A stretch of DNA of 31,341 nt from a virus (lineage: Duplodnaviria > Caudoviricetes). The stretch is from positions 1 through 31,341 of IMG/VR virus record IMGVR_UViG_3300014775_000568, one strand, 5' to 3'. The notes under the pieces are model-generated. The model saw only the letters and a program-made list of their open reading frames with translations. It was not told the origin of the DNA and ran no database searches. Numbering within the stretch: the stretch's first letter is position 1; each line of letters opens with the position of its first letter. This document shows positions 8,317 to 18,368 of the stretch, piece after piece. A program made the position numbers and the translations under genes.

Positions 8317-11300
8317 ATGTCTAAATCATATAGAATTAGGACAACGCCGGGTGAGGATAATGGTTATTTAAGAGTAAATGTTGATCTTAATCAGAATTAT
8401 GATTTTTTGGAGTTATTAAGTTTAAAGATATTACAAACTGATACTTATCAAAATTTTTGTTCTGAATATGGTGTTGTAGCAGGTAGAGTTATTATTAATA
8501 ATGGTTTTGGTGTACCAAATGTAAAGGTATCCATATTTGTACCTGTTGAAGACGCAGATTTAGAAAATCCTGTAATATCAGAGTTATACCCATATAGACA
8601 ACCTTTTCCTGATGATAAAAATGGTAGAGGTATTAGGTATAATCTATTACCTAGCACACAACAAAGTTTTGATCACACACCTGTTGGTACATTTCCTAAA
8701 AAAAGACAAGTATTAGATGATAATACTTATTTAGAGATTTACGAAAAGTATTATAAATATACAACAACAACAAATGAAGCAGGTGATTATATTTTATTTG
8801 GTATACCAGTAGGTAGACAAATATTACATTATGATATGGATGTTAGTGATATTGGTTTTTTATCTACTAGACCATACGAACTTATATCACAAGGTTTTAG
8901 TGAAGAAGAATTTGATAATAGATTTAAATTTAAATCATCTAATAACTTAGATAGTTTACCACAAATTATTACTGATAATAAAAGTGTGGATGTACAACCT
9001 TATTGGTGTGATAGTCTTAGTACTGGTAGTCAATTAGGTATTAATAGATTAGATATATCAATAGACAATATTCAGTTAGTTCCTACTGCAATTTTTACTG
9101 GTAGTATTATAACTGATGACGAAAATGATTTTCTAAATAAAGAATGTGATCCATCTAGAAGGATGGGTTTAATGAGTGAATTAGTAACAGGTGCGGGAAG
9201 AATTGAGGCGATTCGTAGAACTGTTGATGGAGACATTAAAACATTTAATTTTAATGATAATAGTATTGATGAAAATGGTAACTGGTCGGTACTAGTTCCT
9301 ATGAATTTGAGGAAAGTTGTTACTGATGAATTTGGTAATTTAGTACCTTCACCTGATGGTATTAAAGGTGTGGCAACAGAAGGTGATTATAGATTTAGAA
9401 TCAGTATGGATTCTATTAGTACTGATGTAAAAGAAACACAAAGAGCGAAATATTTAGTACCAAATACGAACAACAATTTTAACTTTGGTGAATATGGTGG
9501 TGCGGATTTAATTAATAGTAGTGATTTCACAATAAATAGAGATTTATCTTTTATAACTAGTGGTACAACATATGAAAATGATTTAAGAAATCAATACAAT
9601 TATTTAGAAGAATTTTTTCCTTTCAGGTGGAAAAAGGTATATACTGTAAAACAATATATTGGTAGATTTCAAAAAGAAAAAACGGATGAAAATAGGAATT
9701 TTATAGGTATAAAGGATATTTATAACGCAGAAGGTATAAATAAATTTCCATACAATAGAATTGATGCTAGATTTAATCTATTATATGCAATAATATGTGT
9801 TATTGTTACATTATTTGGACATGCGGTTGGTATAATAAATGGTATAACAAATATATTTAATGGTTTAGTTACATTCTTTTGTAATTTAAAATTTCCATTA
9901 GGTATTTGTGCAATAGATAACGTTTGGGTCCCCTCGAATCTTAGACTTGAATGGAGATGTATTTTTTCAGAATCTTTATGTAATGATTGTAAATCTATAT
10001 GTAATCAAAATGAAGGTGTTTCGTGTGAAGGTTTTGATACTAAATTTTGTGACGATTCCTCACCTAATTGTTGTACTGATTGTTGTGGTAAATTACCATT
10101 AATACCACTTAGATGTCCCAGTGAAGCACCTAGAATAGTTACATTAATACCAACACCATTTGCACCTAAAAAATGTAATGGACCTTTTAGGATACCATTT
10201 AATTGTGTAAATTGTGGTGGGTTACAAACTGAAATTATAAAGGATTGGGTTTCTTGTGTATTAGAGCCTGTTGCGGTTTATTTAAAGATGTTGAAGTTTG
10301 ATTTCTACAATGATTGGGTTGGTGGTTCATTATATTTTCCATTAGTAAAAAGACTATATAGGTTAAAAAAAGAAGGTAGAAGATTTGGTCAATTAAAACG
10401 TGATAAGTTTTGTGATTATGATTGTAGAATTATAGAAGGTTTATCTACAGAAGGATACATTGCCGCGATATTATCTTTAGGATTATCAAATTTCTTTGAT
10501 TTTGATTCATTATACACATATGAAAATGACTTTCAAGATGAAGATGGTTTCACACAATGGAGAATATTTTTAAACGATACTAATAACACATTAAATTTTG
10601 AATTTGATGGGTGTAGAGCGAATATAAATCCAAATGTAACCACAGAATGGTATGGTTCACCAGAAAACGATTTACAAAATCCTAATTTAGATGTTGCGGT
10701 AAAAGAATTATTATTTAAAGGTAAAAATAGTGATGATGAAACATGTTATATAAAATTTGATAATTATAATGATTTTAAAATTCTAATGAACAATGAAAAT
10801 ATTCCAGAATTTGTTGAAAATAGGCTTTTAAATAATATACATGCGAGACCAAATTATATTGAATTAAAAGATGCTAGTGGAAATAAAAAATGGAAAAATA
10901 TAGGTGGACACGGACATCAGACTAATTTCTGTAGACCCACTAGATTGATGGAGAGAAGTGAATATTTTAAGAAAACTTTGGATTGTAGTGGTACTAGTTT
11001 TACAAGTATTGCTAATTTAAATGATAATTTAATTGGTTATGATGATGGTAGATTAACAGATGTTAATCCTGAAGAATATATTGAGGAAGCGATTATTAAT
11101 GAAGAAAATACATCACAAAATTTTAATGATTATTATATTGATGGTTATTTAGAAAATTGTGATAGTGATTTTTGTTTAAGTAGAAATACACCTACTAGTT
11201 ATGTTGTTGGTAGTGACGTTAATAACTACGATATTGAATTTACGGGAAGAACTACAATATCTGCTTGGGTATATAAGAGAAGTGCTGGTGGTACTAATAC

Positions 11301-13707
11301 TGTTATTGCATCAAAATATAATAGTTCTCAAAGAAGAGGATGGTATTTAGCAATTGATGGTAATGCAATTAAATTCATTATGGAAAATGGTAATACGCTT
11401 AATAGTGTATCATATAGAACTACAAATGTTGGTGGTGGGTTTATTGATCAATGGAGAAATATCGTATTTACTTATGATGGTAATAGGACAGAGGTTGACG
11501 ATTTAGGGGATACAATTCTTTCTGATGACGCAATAATAATATATGTAGATGGTGTAGTAATATCTACTGCCCCAAATAATGGTTTAGTAACAAATGGTAA
11601 TCCTTATGTTGCAACAACAGTACCTTTTACTATTGGTAATGTACAAAATAATCCATCTGCACAATTTGGTTTTGATGGTTCAATATTAGCAGTTAAAAGA
11701 TGGGATGTTTTTATGGGTCAAAGTAGTGTGACAAGTGTTTATAATTCTGGGCCACAAACTAATGGTAATATATTCACTAATAATGTTTTATTTGATTATT
11801 ATAGTTGTTTGGGTATTGTTAGTGGTTCTAATTATGTTATAGAAGATAGAGAATTTTCTGCTTTAACATACACAACTAATAATGTTGATACGAATGTAAA
11901 AGGTTGTGTTGCGATAGAATTTGGTGATCCAGTAGAATTTATTCCTGAAAGTTTTTGTATAGGTGATTGTTTACCCGCTTGTTATTTAAATGGTGTTGCA
12001 CCTTGTACAAATTCAAAAGGTGAGTTATTAACAGTATTTAGGGAAAATAATGATTCTGAATTTTTAGAATATAGAGAAGAAAAGAAAAGAGGTTTAATAT
12101 CTTGGTATGATAATGAAATTTATTATACCCCATATATCCCACCTGTTAATGGTAGTCCTTCAGAGTATAAATCTTATTTAATGTTACCTACAACAATTAT
12201 GGAATTGGGTAGCACCACTTATTGTGACATTGATGATATACCATTTATTATGGATAAGTTAAAACCAACAACATTTCAAATTAGTACTGAAGTTAATAGT
12301 TTTAAATTTAAAAATAGTGAAAAAATAACACAAGGTAGTAGTACATATATTAAAAGAACTGTGGAAAATTTTATACCAAAAGATGGTAATTTAAATTTAA
12401 GTGCTTATGTTGAATTATCTTGTTCATCTGTTGTATGTTTGAATACAACTGCTAGTGTAAATGCTTCACAAATAGGTGTTGAGGTAATAGATAAAAATGA
12501 TTTAGGTATTGAAATTGGATCTAGTTGTTTTGTTAGATTCTCGCATGATGATGAATTGAGATCTTATTTCTGTAGAAGATTTAATGGTTATAAAGGTGAT
12601 TTATCTTTTAAACATAATATACCTGGTTCAATACGTTTAGATAATCAATATCAAACATATCCTGAAATTAGATTAGAAGATGCTGGTGGTGTGGATTTTC
12701 TTACTTATTCTTTCGATATAGATGGTTTAGAAGTTGTATCAACATACAATGATGGTGATTTCTTCATACCTGGTGATGGTTGTGGTTACGAAGAAACTAA
12801 TAAAACAGATTATTTTTATGGTTTAGCACCAGGACAAACATCAGGTTTCATTAATTATCCTAATAATAGTCAAACAATTGATTTTGGTCAAAACGCACAA
12901 CCTAATGGTGTTGATGTAATAGATGATAATGTTAATGGTAGTACTAATGTTAATGGGATCAAATTTAATAGAAGTCAAACACCATATTATATGTATTTTG
13001 GTTTAGTACCAGGAAAAACTGCATTACATAAAACGGTATCTAAATTCTTTGCGGATAGAATAAATGCAGTTACACTACAAGGTATTGGTGGAACAGATGG
13101 GCAAGTTGATCAAAACATTAATAATACACCAAATATAAATAATGAAGAAAGTAATACCTTTAGTGTATTTAAAACTTGTTTAGGTGAAACGTTAATTAAT
13201 ACAGTTACAGTTAATGGTGTAACAAATAATTCTGAAACAAATACAGGAACAGATACAAATACAGGAACAGATACAAATACAGGAACGGGTGTTGGTATTG
13301 GAACAAATAATTTTACATTATTAGATAGTTTTGGTAATACAATATCTGGACCTATAGTTATAGATTCAGGAAATTGTACAATTAATGGTGAAGTTACAAA
13401 TAGTAAGAATTTTACAATACAGGTAAATGGTGGTACACCCACAATAAATATATATATGTATGGTGGACAAGCAACAAATAATAATTGTACACAAAATCCT
13501 ATATTTGCGGGTACAGGATTTAATGTATTAATTAATGATGGTAATGGTGGACCTATAAATCAAATTATCACTTCACAACCTGTTGGAATATATAACTCAC
13601 AAACTGTAAGTTACACTATAAATAATAATGGTACATATGAGGTTCGTTTAGAAGTTATACCTTATTTTGATCCTAATGGTTTTGAAATAAGTGTTACAGT
13701 AAATTAA
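8317..13707 (+). CDS. Giant (1796 aa) putative baseplate/tail protein: N-terminal beta-sandwich, hydrophobic segment, Cys-rich region, LamG/ConA-like domain
   Basis: GVVAGRVIINNGFGVPNVKVSIF...TTTNEAGDYILFGIPVG (carboxypeptidase-regulatory/prealbumin-like); hydrophobic aa 488-521; LamG-like TISAWV...GWYL...WRNIVFTYDG...IYVDG...FTIG...FDGSI at 11251-11706; located in the baseplate cluster. Confidence 0.7.
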   Translation: MSKSYRIRTTPGEDNGYLRVNVDLNQNYDFLELLSLKILQTDTYQNFCSEYGVVAGRVIINNGFGVPNVKVSIFVPVEDADLENPVISELYPYRQPFPDDKNGRGIRYNLLPSTQQSFDHTPVGTFPKKRQVLDDNTYLEIYEKYYKYTTTTNEAGDYILFGIPVGRQILHYDMDVSDIGFLSTRPYELISQGFSEEEFDNRFKFKSSNNLDSLPQIITDNKSVDVQPYWCDSLSTGSQLGINRLDISIDNIQLVPTAIFTGSIITDDENDFLNKECDPSRRMGLMSELVTGAGRIEAIRRTVDGDIKTFNFNDNSIDENGNWSVLVPMNLRKVVTDEFGNLVPSPDGIKGVATEGDYRFRISMDSISTDVKETQRAKYLVPNTNNNFNFGEYGGADLINSSDFTINRDLSFITSGTTYENDLRNQYNYLEEFFPFRWKKVYTVKQYIGRFQKEKTDENRNFIGIKDIYNAEGINKFPYNRIDARFNLLYAIICVIVTLFGHAVGIINGITNIFNGLVTFFCNLKFPLGICAIDNVWVPSNLRLEWRCIFSESLCNDCKSICNQNEGVSCEGFDTKFCDDSSPNCCTDCCGKLPLIPLRCPSEAPRIVTLIPTPFAPKKCNGPFRIPFNCVNCGGLQTEIIKDWVSCVLEPVAVYLKMLKFDFYNDWVGGSLYFPLVKRLYRLKKEGRRFGQLKRDKFCDYDCRIIEGLSTEGYIAAILSLGLSNFFDFDSLYTYENDFQDEDGFTQWRIFLNDTNNTLNFEFDGCRANINPNVTTEWYGSPENDLQNPNLDVAVKELLFKGKNSDDETCYIKFDNYNDFKILMNNENIPEFVENRLLNNIHARPNYIELKDASGNKKWKNIGGHGHQTNFCRPTRLMERSEYFKKTLDCSGTSFTSIANLNDNLIGYDDGRLTDVNPEEYIEEAIINEENTSQNFNDYYIDGYLENCDSDFCLSRNTPTSYVVGSDVNNYDIEFTGRTTISAWVYKRSAGGTNTVIASKYNSSQRRGWYLAIDGNAIKFIMENGNTLNSVSYRTTNVGGGFIDQWRNIVFTYDGNRTEVDDLGDTILSDDAIIIYVDGVVISTAPNNGLVTNGNPYVATTVPFTIGNVQNNPSAQFGFDGSILAVKRWDVFMGQSSVTSVYNSGPQTNGNIFTNNVLFDYYSCLGIVSGSNYVIEDREFSALTYTTNNVDTNVKGCVAIEFGDPVEFIPESFCIGDCLPACYLNGVAPCTNSKGELLTVFRENNDSEFLEYREEKKRGLISWYDNEIYYTPYIPPVNGSPSEYKSYLMLPTTIMELGSTTYCDIDDIPFIMDKLKPTTFQISTEVNSFKFKNSEKITQGSSTYIKRTVENFIPKDGNLNLSAYVELSCSSVVCLNTTASVNASQIGVEVIDKNDLGIEIGSSCFVRFSHDDELRSYFCRRFNGYKGDLSFKHNIPGSIRLDNQYQTYPEIRLEDAGGVDFLTYSFDIDGLEVVSTYNDGDFFIPGDGCGYEETNKTDYFYGLAPGQTSGFINYPNNSQTIDFGQNAQPNGVDVIDDNVNGSTNVNGIKFNRSQTPYYMYFGLVPGKTALHKTVSKFFADRINAVTLQGIGGTDGQVDQNINNTPNINNEESNTFSVFKTCLGETLINTVTVNGVTNNSETNTGTDTNTGTDTNTGTGVGIGTNNFTLLDSFGNTISGPIVIDSGNCTINGEVTNSKNFTIQVNGGTPTINIYMYGGQATNNNCTQNPIFAGTGFNVLINDGNGGPINQIITSQPVGIYNSQTVSYTINNNGTYEVRLEVIPYFDPNGFEISVTVN
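13237..13286 (+). repeat. In-frame 18-bp tandem repeat (ACAAATACAGGAACAGAT x2.8) encoding a TNTGTD linker
   Basis: Identical units start at 13237, 13255 and 13273 (third unit partial). Confidence 0.95.
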
Positions 13708-13713
13708 TTTTTT

Positions 13714-15687
13714 ATGGAAAAGACAAATAAAATATTATTAAATAGTCAGAGACTACCCAATAATGTGAATGTAAATACACAGATACAATTGGGTATGGAA
13801 AATACTAATAAACCTTTACCATTAAATGATATTGATACAACTATTAGTCAATATGAACAATTTGAAAAGGAGAGAAGAGAAAGTACTATTTATAGGTTTT
13901 ATGGTAATGTAAACCCAATTATATCTAACCCATTATTTAATGACAATGTTAAGATATATTTGACAGGTGAAACAGGAACAACACCAAAGGCGAAAAAAAT
14001 ATTTTCTAGTGGTATATTTGAAAAAGATGGTTGGATTGGATACTACAATGATGAAATAGACGAAGATTTACTACAGGTGGGTGATAATAAGAGTGCGTTA
14101 TGTGACTTTTTTCCTTTCGATCCTGGTTATGATAGATTAAGTTTTTTAGATAGTGATGGTATACCAAATTATTTGGTTAAAATAACATATCCTTATGAAA
14201 GTGTTGATGATGTTGTCTTATTAAAGAATAATTCAAATATTTCTATTAAAGATGGTATACCTGTTATCGGTTTATTTGAAGTTGAATTAAATGGTAGTAA
14301 ATATACGGGTATTAAAACATTAATAAATCATGGTTTAGTTGAAGGTAGTAATGTAAATTTATATAATTTTATTGACAACTCAACATCGAGTAGTCTAAAG
14401 TTAAATAGTAAGTATTTTAGAGTTATTAAGTTAGGTAACAGAACAAATGATGATAGATTTAGAAGTTTTGTTGTTAATATAGATCCTCAATTTATTAATT
14501 TCAATATAGGAGTTTCTACAATAAAAAGAGTTGTTAGAGGTGAACCTTCACAATATTATGTAAGAAAATTTAAATCATTAACATCTGGATATATAGATTA
14601 CGATATGTATCCTGCAGCATATGGTGTAACCTATTTCGATGATAATGTTGCTGCGTTTAACTTTAAAACTGATATAGATGTAAAAGGGTTAAAAGATAAT
14701 TTAGGTAGACCCTTAACTGAATTATATTTTACTGTTTTAAAAAATGATAACGATGCGGATCCAAATTCTATAAACACACAATATTGGTTAGAACAACAAC
14801 AAAATTTACCTGCAAATGTAAAAGAAAGGTTTTGGACATCAATTAGGGGTGGTTATAAATTAGAAAAAAATGAAAATAGTAATTATGATGTACGTTCAAT
14901 AGCGGATACTAATTTTTCAACATCATCATATTATAATAATATTGATGAAAGTAATGATGTATTTTATGGTGATATTGTTGAATATAATAACAATGAATTA
15001 TTAGAAAGACAATTAGAAGAAGTTTATCATAGAATAAACACAGTATATAGGGGTTATATAAAAGGTAAAAAAGAAGGGTATATATACAAACCATTTAATA
15101 AGATACAGATTAGACAATATGCGAATTACATAAACCCTGTTGTTGATTTACAATCTGTTATTGATAAATACAATATTACTAATCCAGTAGATATAGATAA
15201 TCTAAAAAAATCATTCGGTATACCTGATTATGCGTATGAAATATCAACAAATGTATTTAAATGGAGAACAATATTAGAAATTGGTGAATTTGATACAACT
15301 GGTGGGGGTGTTAATTATCCTTTTGAAAGTGGTGCACATTATATTTATTTGGATAAAAGGTTTTATTTTGAAAGGCAAGATCCACCTTGTGATTTTGCAA
15401 TAACAACTATTGAGGTAAGTGCACCTTTTAACCCACAAGAGGAAGAACAATTTTTGTCATATTTAACCGACCCTACATTTTTAAATTATGAATTTAAAGA
15501 TGATAGAGACATATCTAAATTAACAAATAATGATTTATTGAATTATGGTAACACACTTGAACCAATAACAGTATATGTTAATTTTGTTTCATATTTTGGT
15601 GACTATGAGTTAGGTAAGAGAGATATTGCTGGTGGTTGTGTTGATTTATCATTACTAAAACAAAAAACTATTGACGATGTATGTTAA
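13714..15687 (+). CDS. Hypothetical virion structural protein (657 aa)
   Basis: Long ORF packed within the baseplate cluster; no catalytic motif recognised. Confidence 0.65.
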   Translation: MEKTNKILLNSQRLPNNVNVNTQIQLGMENTNKPLPLNDIDTTISQYEQFEKERRESTIYRFYGNVNPIISNPLFNDNVKIYLTGETGTTPKAKKIFSSGIFEKDGWIGYYNDEIDEDLLQVGDNKSALCDFFPFDPGYDRLSFLDSDGIPNYLVKITYPYESVDDVVLLKNNSNISIKDGIPVIGLFEVELNGSKYTGIKTLINHGLVEGSNVNLYNFIDNSTSSSLKLNSKYFRVIKLGNRTNDDRFRSFVVNIDPQFINFNIGVSTIKRVVRGEPSQYYVRKFKSLTSGYIDYDMYPAAYGVTYFDDNVAAFNFKTDIDVKGLKDNLGRPLTELYFTVLKNDNDADPNSINTQYWLEQQQNLPANVKERFWTSIRGGYKLEKNENSNYDVRSIADTNFSTSSYYNNIDESNDVFYGDIVEYNNNELLERQLEEVYHRINTVYRGYIKGKKEGYIYKPFNKIQIRQYANYINPVVDLQSVIDKYNITNPVDIDNLKKSFGIPDYAYEISTNVFKWRTILEIGEFDTTGGGVNYPFESGAHYIYLDKRFYFERQDPPCDFAITTIEVSAPFNPQEEEQFLSYLTDPTFLNYEFKDDRDISKLTNNDLLNYGNTLEPITVYVNFVSYFGDYELGKRDIAGGCVDLSLLKQKTIDDVC

Positions 15688-16561
15688 TAAAAGAAAAATA
15701 TTAATTAGTAGTTTAGGAACTGGTAGTACAATAAACATTAGTTTAGGTACTAACTTTTTTCCTGTGGATAATGCTGAGTTAATACAGACAAAATTTGTAG
15801 ATGAGGAAGTTGATAATTCAATAAATCCAATTGTTGATTATAAGAAATTAATTTTCAGACCTACAGATAATGATTACAATTATATAAGTAAATTTAAGAT
15901 AAATTTAAATTTTTATACACCTGAAAGTATTGCTAATGGTAGTCCTGAACATAGAGGTAGTGGTGCAGAACCAGGTGTTTACTCTGATATAGGTTTTACA
16001 TTTGATGATTTATTTTGTAGAACAAATAGGTTTATTAATTCATTTATTAGGGTTTCTTTCTTTGACACACCAGTAAGTGGTGAAAATAATTTACTATTTT
16101 TTAGTGATATATATACCCAAATAGGTGATGATCAAAAAAACTCAGAAGGTTTCCCACTACCTAATAACCAATCACCCATAAGTTTTATATTAGGTGATCC
16201 AGTTTTAGAACCTAATGAAGTACACGAAGGTTTTCATATATATTGGTTTAAAGATTTAGTAGATAATGCACCAAATAAGGAATATGATGTCTATATGGTT
16301 ACACAATTTAACAACGCATTAAATGGTAAAATCTATCAAATGGGTGCATCTAAAGATTTTAATATAAATAATATTCAGTTAAACACTTTAGATGGTGAGG
16401 ATGGTATCTTATATTTGAAAGTAAGATTAAAAAATGATAATGGTGAATATAAGTATAAATTTTTACCCAACGATAAACAAATTGCAGTACCTCCGGGTGT
16501 AAATCTAAATCCTTCTGATGGTACAATACCAACATTAACTTTTTGGCAAATTACACCTTAA
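15677..16561 (+). CDS. Hypothetical virion structural protein (about 294 aa)
   Basis: ATG at 15677 preferred over the TTG at 15671; overlaps the upstream stop, consistent with translational coupling. Confidence 0.65.
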   Translation: MYVNKRKILISSLGTGSTINISLGTNFFPVDNAELIQTKFVDEEVDNSINPIVDYKKLIFRPTDNDYNYISKFKINLNFYTPESIANGSPEHRGSGAEPGVYSDIGFTFDDLFCRTNRFINSFIRVSFFDTPVSGENNLLFFSDIYTQIGDDQKNSEGFPLPNNQSPISFILGDPVLEPNEVHEGFHIYWFKDLVDNAPNKEYDVYMVTQFNNALNGKIYQMGASKDFNINNIQLNTLDGEDGILYLKVRLKNDNGEYKYKFLPNDKQIAVPPGVNLNPSDGTIPTLTFWQITP

Positions 16562-16563
16562 TT

Positions 16564-16571
16564 ATATTTAT
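16564..16571 (+). promoter_or_regulatory. ATATTTAT motif, candidate phage promoter
   Basis: Fills most of the 14-nt gap between the stop at 16561 and ATG 16576. Confidence 0.5.
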
Positions 16572-16575
16572 AGTT

Positions 16576-17448
16576 ATGAAACTTATATATAGAAAAAGAA
16601 ATTTAGAAAACTATACAGTTAGAAATATACCTAATAGTGTATTGGTAAAAGACTCTGATGGTAAAACTGTAATAGATGAAAGTAGTCCTAACTATTATTA
16701 TGGTACTATACCTGAATATAAAATAGATAAAGAGGGTAATTACATATTAGATTCTAATGGTGAAAAAATAGTTAATACAATAGATATTAATTTATTTTTA
16801 TCACAAAAATATGATGATATGGGTTTGTTTACTGATAAACCATTTGTACCAAAAGATGAAACATTAGTTCAAAAACCACAAAACTTCAATGCGTTTACAT
16901 ATGGAAGATTGGCGGGTGCACCTGTTGACTTTTATTATACTAATAGTACGATAGTTAATGGTGGTAGTGATGATAAATTATTAAAACAAGTTAAATCATA
17001 TCGAAAAGATACTAATAATAATGATGTTTATGTACCTAATTTAAATACATCGTTAGATAATACAAAATATAATGGTGTCATTTTAGAAGATAATGATAAA
17101 ATTGTATATAAAATAGGTGCGAATTTAAATAATATAGGAAACACAGGGGTTGAATTCACAACATTTAAAAATCAATACGTTAAAACTACTGATGAGTATG
17201 GGAGAGAATTAACTTATCTACGAACAAATTTTGTTTCTAAAAACGGTGGTATGAATCAATATAATACCACTCTAAGTGCAACAACAAAAAAAGAAGAATA
17301 TTTAGGTGTAGTTTTTAAACCAGAAGTTGAGAGTACAGTATTTATTAATAGAGGTATTGCGGACATTTTTGAAAGACATGCAATACTTTCAGAAATAAAA
17401 TCAACAAACGATATTGATACTAACAGAGGTGGATTTATAAGAAGTTAA
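16576..17448 (+). CDS. Hypothetical virion structural protein (290 aa)
   Basis: In-frame ATG at 16576 (MKLIYRK...) preferred over the overlapping TTG at 16543; contains D-x-x-G beta-hairpin-like motifs (KDSDGK, DKEGN, DSNGE, DEYGR). Confidence 0.65.
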   Translation: MKLIYRKRNLENYTVRNIPNSVLVKDSDGKTVIDESSPNYYYGTIPEYKIDKEGNYILDSNGEKIVNTIDINLFLSQKYDDMGLFTDKPFVPKDETLVQKPQNFNAFTYGRLAGAPVDFYYTNSTIVNGGSDDKLLKQVKSYRKDTNNNDVYVPNLNTSLDNTKYNGVILEDNDKIVYKIGANLNNIGNTGVEFTTFKNQYVKTTDEYGRELTYLRTNFVSKNGGMNQYNTTLSATTKKEEYLGVVFKPEVESTVFINRGIADIFERHAILSEIKSTNDIDTNRGGFIRS

Positions 17449-17458
17449 AAAAAAATAT

Positions 17459-18361
17459 ATGGCAACAGGAAATTACGGAACAATTAGACCAGCAGATGTA
17501 GCAGTAGAAGATGTTGAAATTTTTTACAGTTATACACCAACAAGAGAATCATTGGTAAATGTGGATTTGATACCATTAGATCCCGCAGAAGTTTTAATAC
17601 CTGCAAATAACCCAGACAACGTTAATGAAATATTTGGTGGTTTATATACTTTGAAATTACCAACAAATGTTTTTGGTAGTAAAGGTTACTATAACATTGT
17701 TATTAGACCTAAACAAATAAGAGCAACTATACAAGATTGTGCGGTATTGGTAGATAATCAAGATGTTAAAGGTATTGTTTTTGACATTAATAAAATACCA
17801 GTAGATTTAAGAAGTAAATTTGAAAATGGTAATTTGGTTGGTTATAGAGTAGAATATTTAAAAGAACAAACAGGAACGGGACAAGATAAAATACAAAATT
17901 TCTTTACTATTATTACATCCAATAATAGATCTTTACCTATTTCACAAAATCAGGGTAATTCTAATGCGTCTGTTGCATATACATTCAATGATAATGCGAC
18001 AACGGTATTTTGTACAGTATCACCATCATCTGCACCATCAATTAAACCTAATTCTATACCATTTATTGGTAATCCACAACAACAAGTTATCATAACAAAT
18101 ACTTTTTTCGATCCAGTTATGTTAGAAATCGAAATGGTTGAGTTTGACGATGAAACTTTAGCATACGCATTGTTCTCAAATCAAACAAAATCTTTGGAAG
18201 ATGGTATTTATACTATATATAACTTTGGTAACGAGATTTATAGACAATACAATCTGTATGAAATTAAAGATAGATTTAGTGGAAAACCATTATATGAAGT
18301 TAGAGAACAGAAATTTACTATTGATCCTACTAAAGATTTTGATGATATAACTAATACATAA
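17459..18361 (+). CDS. Hypothetical baseplate-region protein (300 aa)
   Basis: Compact, beta-rich-looking ORF immediately before the gpI/gp7-like giant protein; function not assignable from sequence. Confidence 0.65.
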   Translation: MATGNYGTIRPADVAVEDVEIFYSYTPTRESLVNVDLIPLDPAEVLIPANNPDNVNEIFGGLYTLKLPTNVFGSKGYYNIVIRPKQIRATIQDCAVLVDNQDVKGIVFDINKIPVDLRSKFENGNLVGYRVEYLKEQTGTGQDKIQNFFTIITSNNRSLPISQNQGNSNASVAYTFNDNATTVFCTVSPSSAPSIKPNSIPFIGNPQQQVIITNTFFDPVMLEIEMVEFDDETLAYALFSNQTKSLEDGIYTIYNFGNEIYRQYNLYEIKDRFSGKPLYEVREQKFTIDPTKDFDDITNT

Positions 18362-18368
18362 AAATTAG

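Noticed and set aside
16543-16575. Track start at 16543 (and similarly 15671 and 42)
   Set aside because: These TTG starts overlap upstream genes and in-frame ATGs at 16576 and 15677 fit better; the ORF at 42 is open to the window edge.
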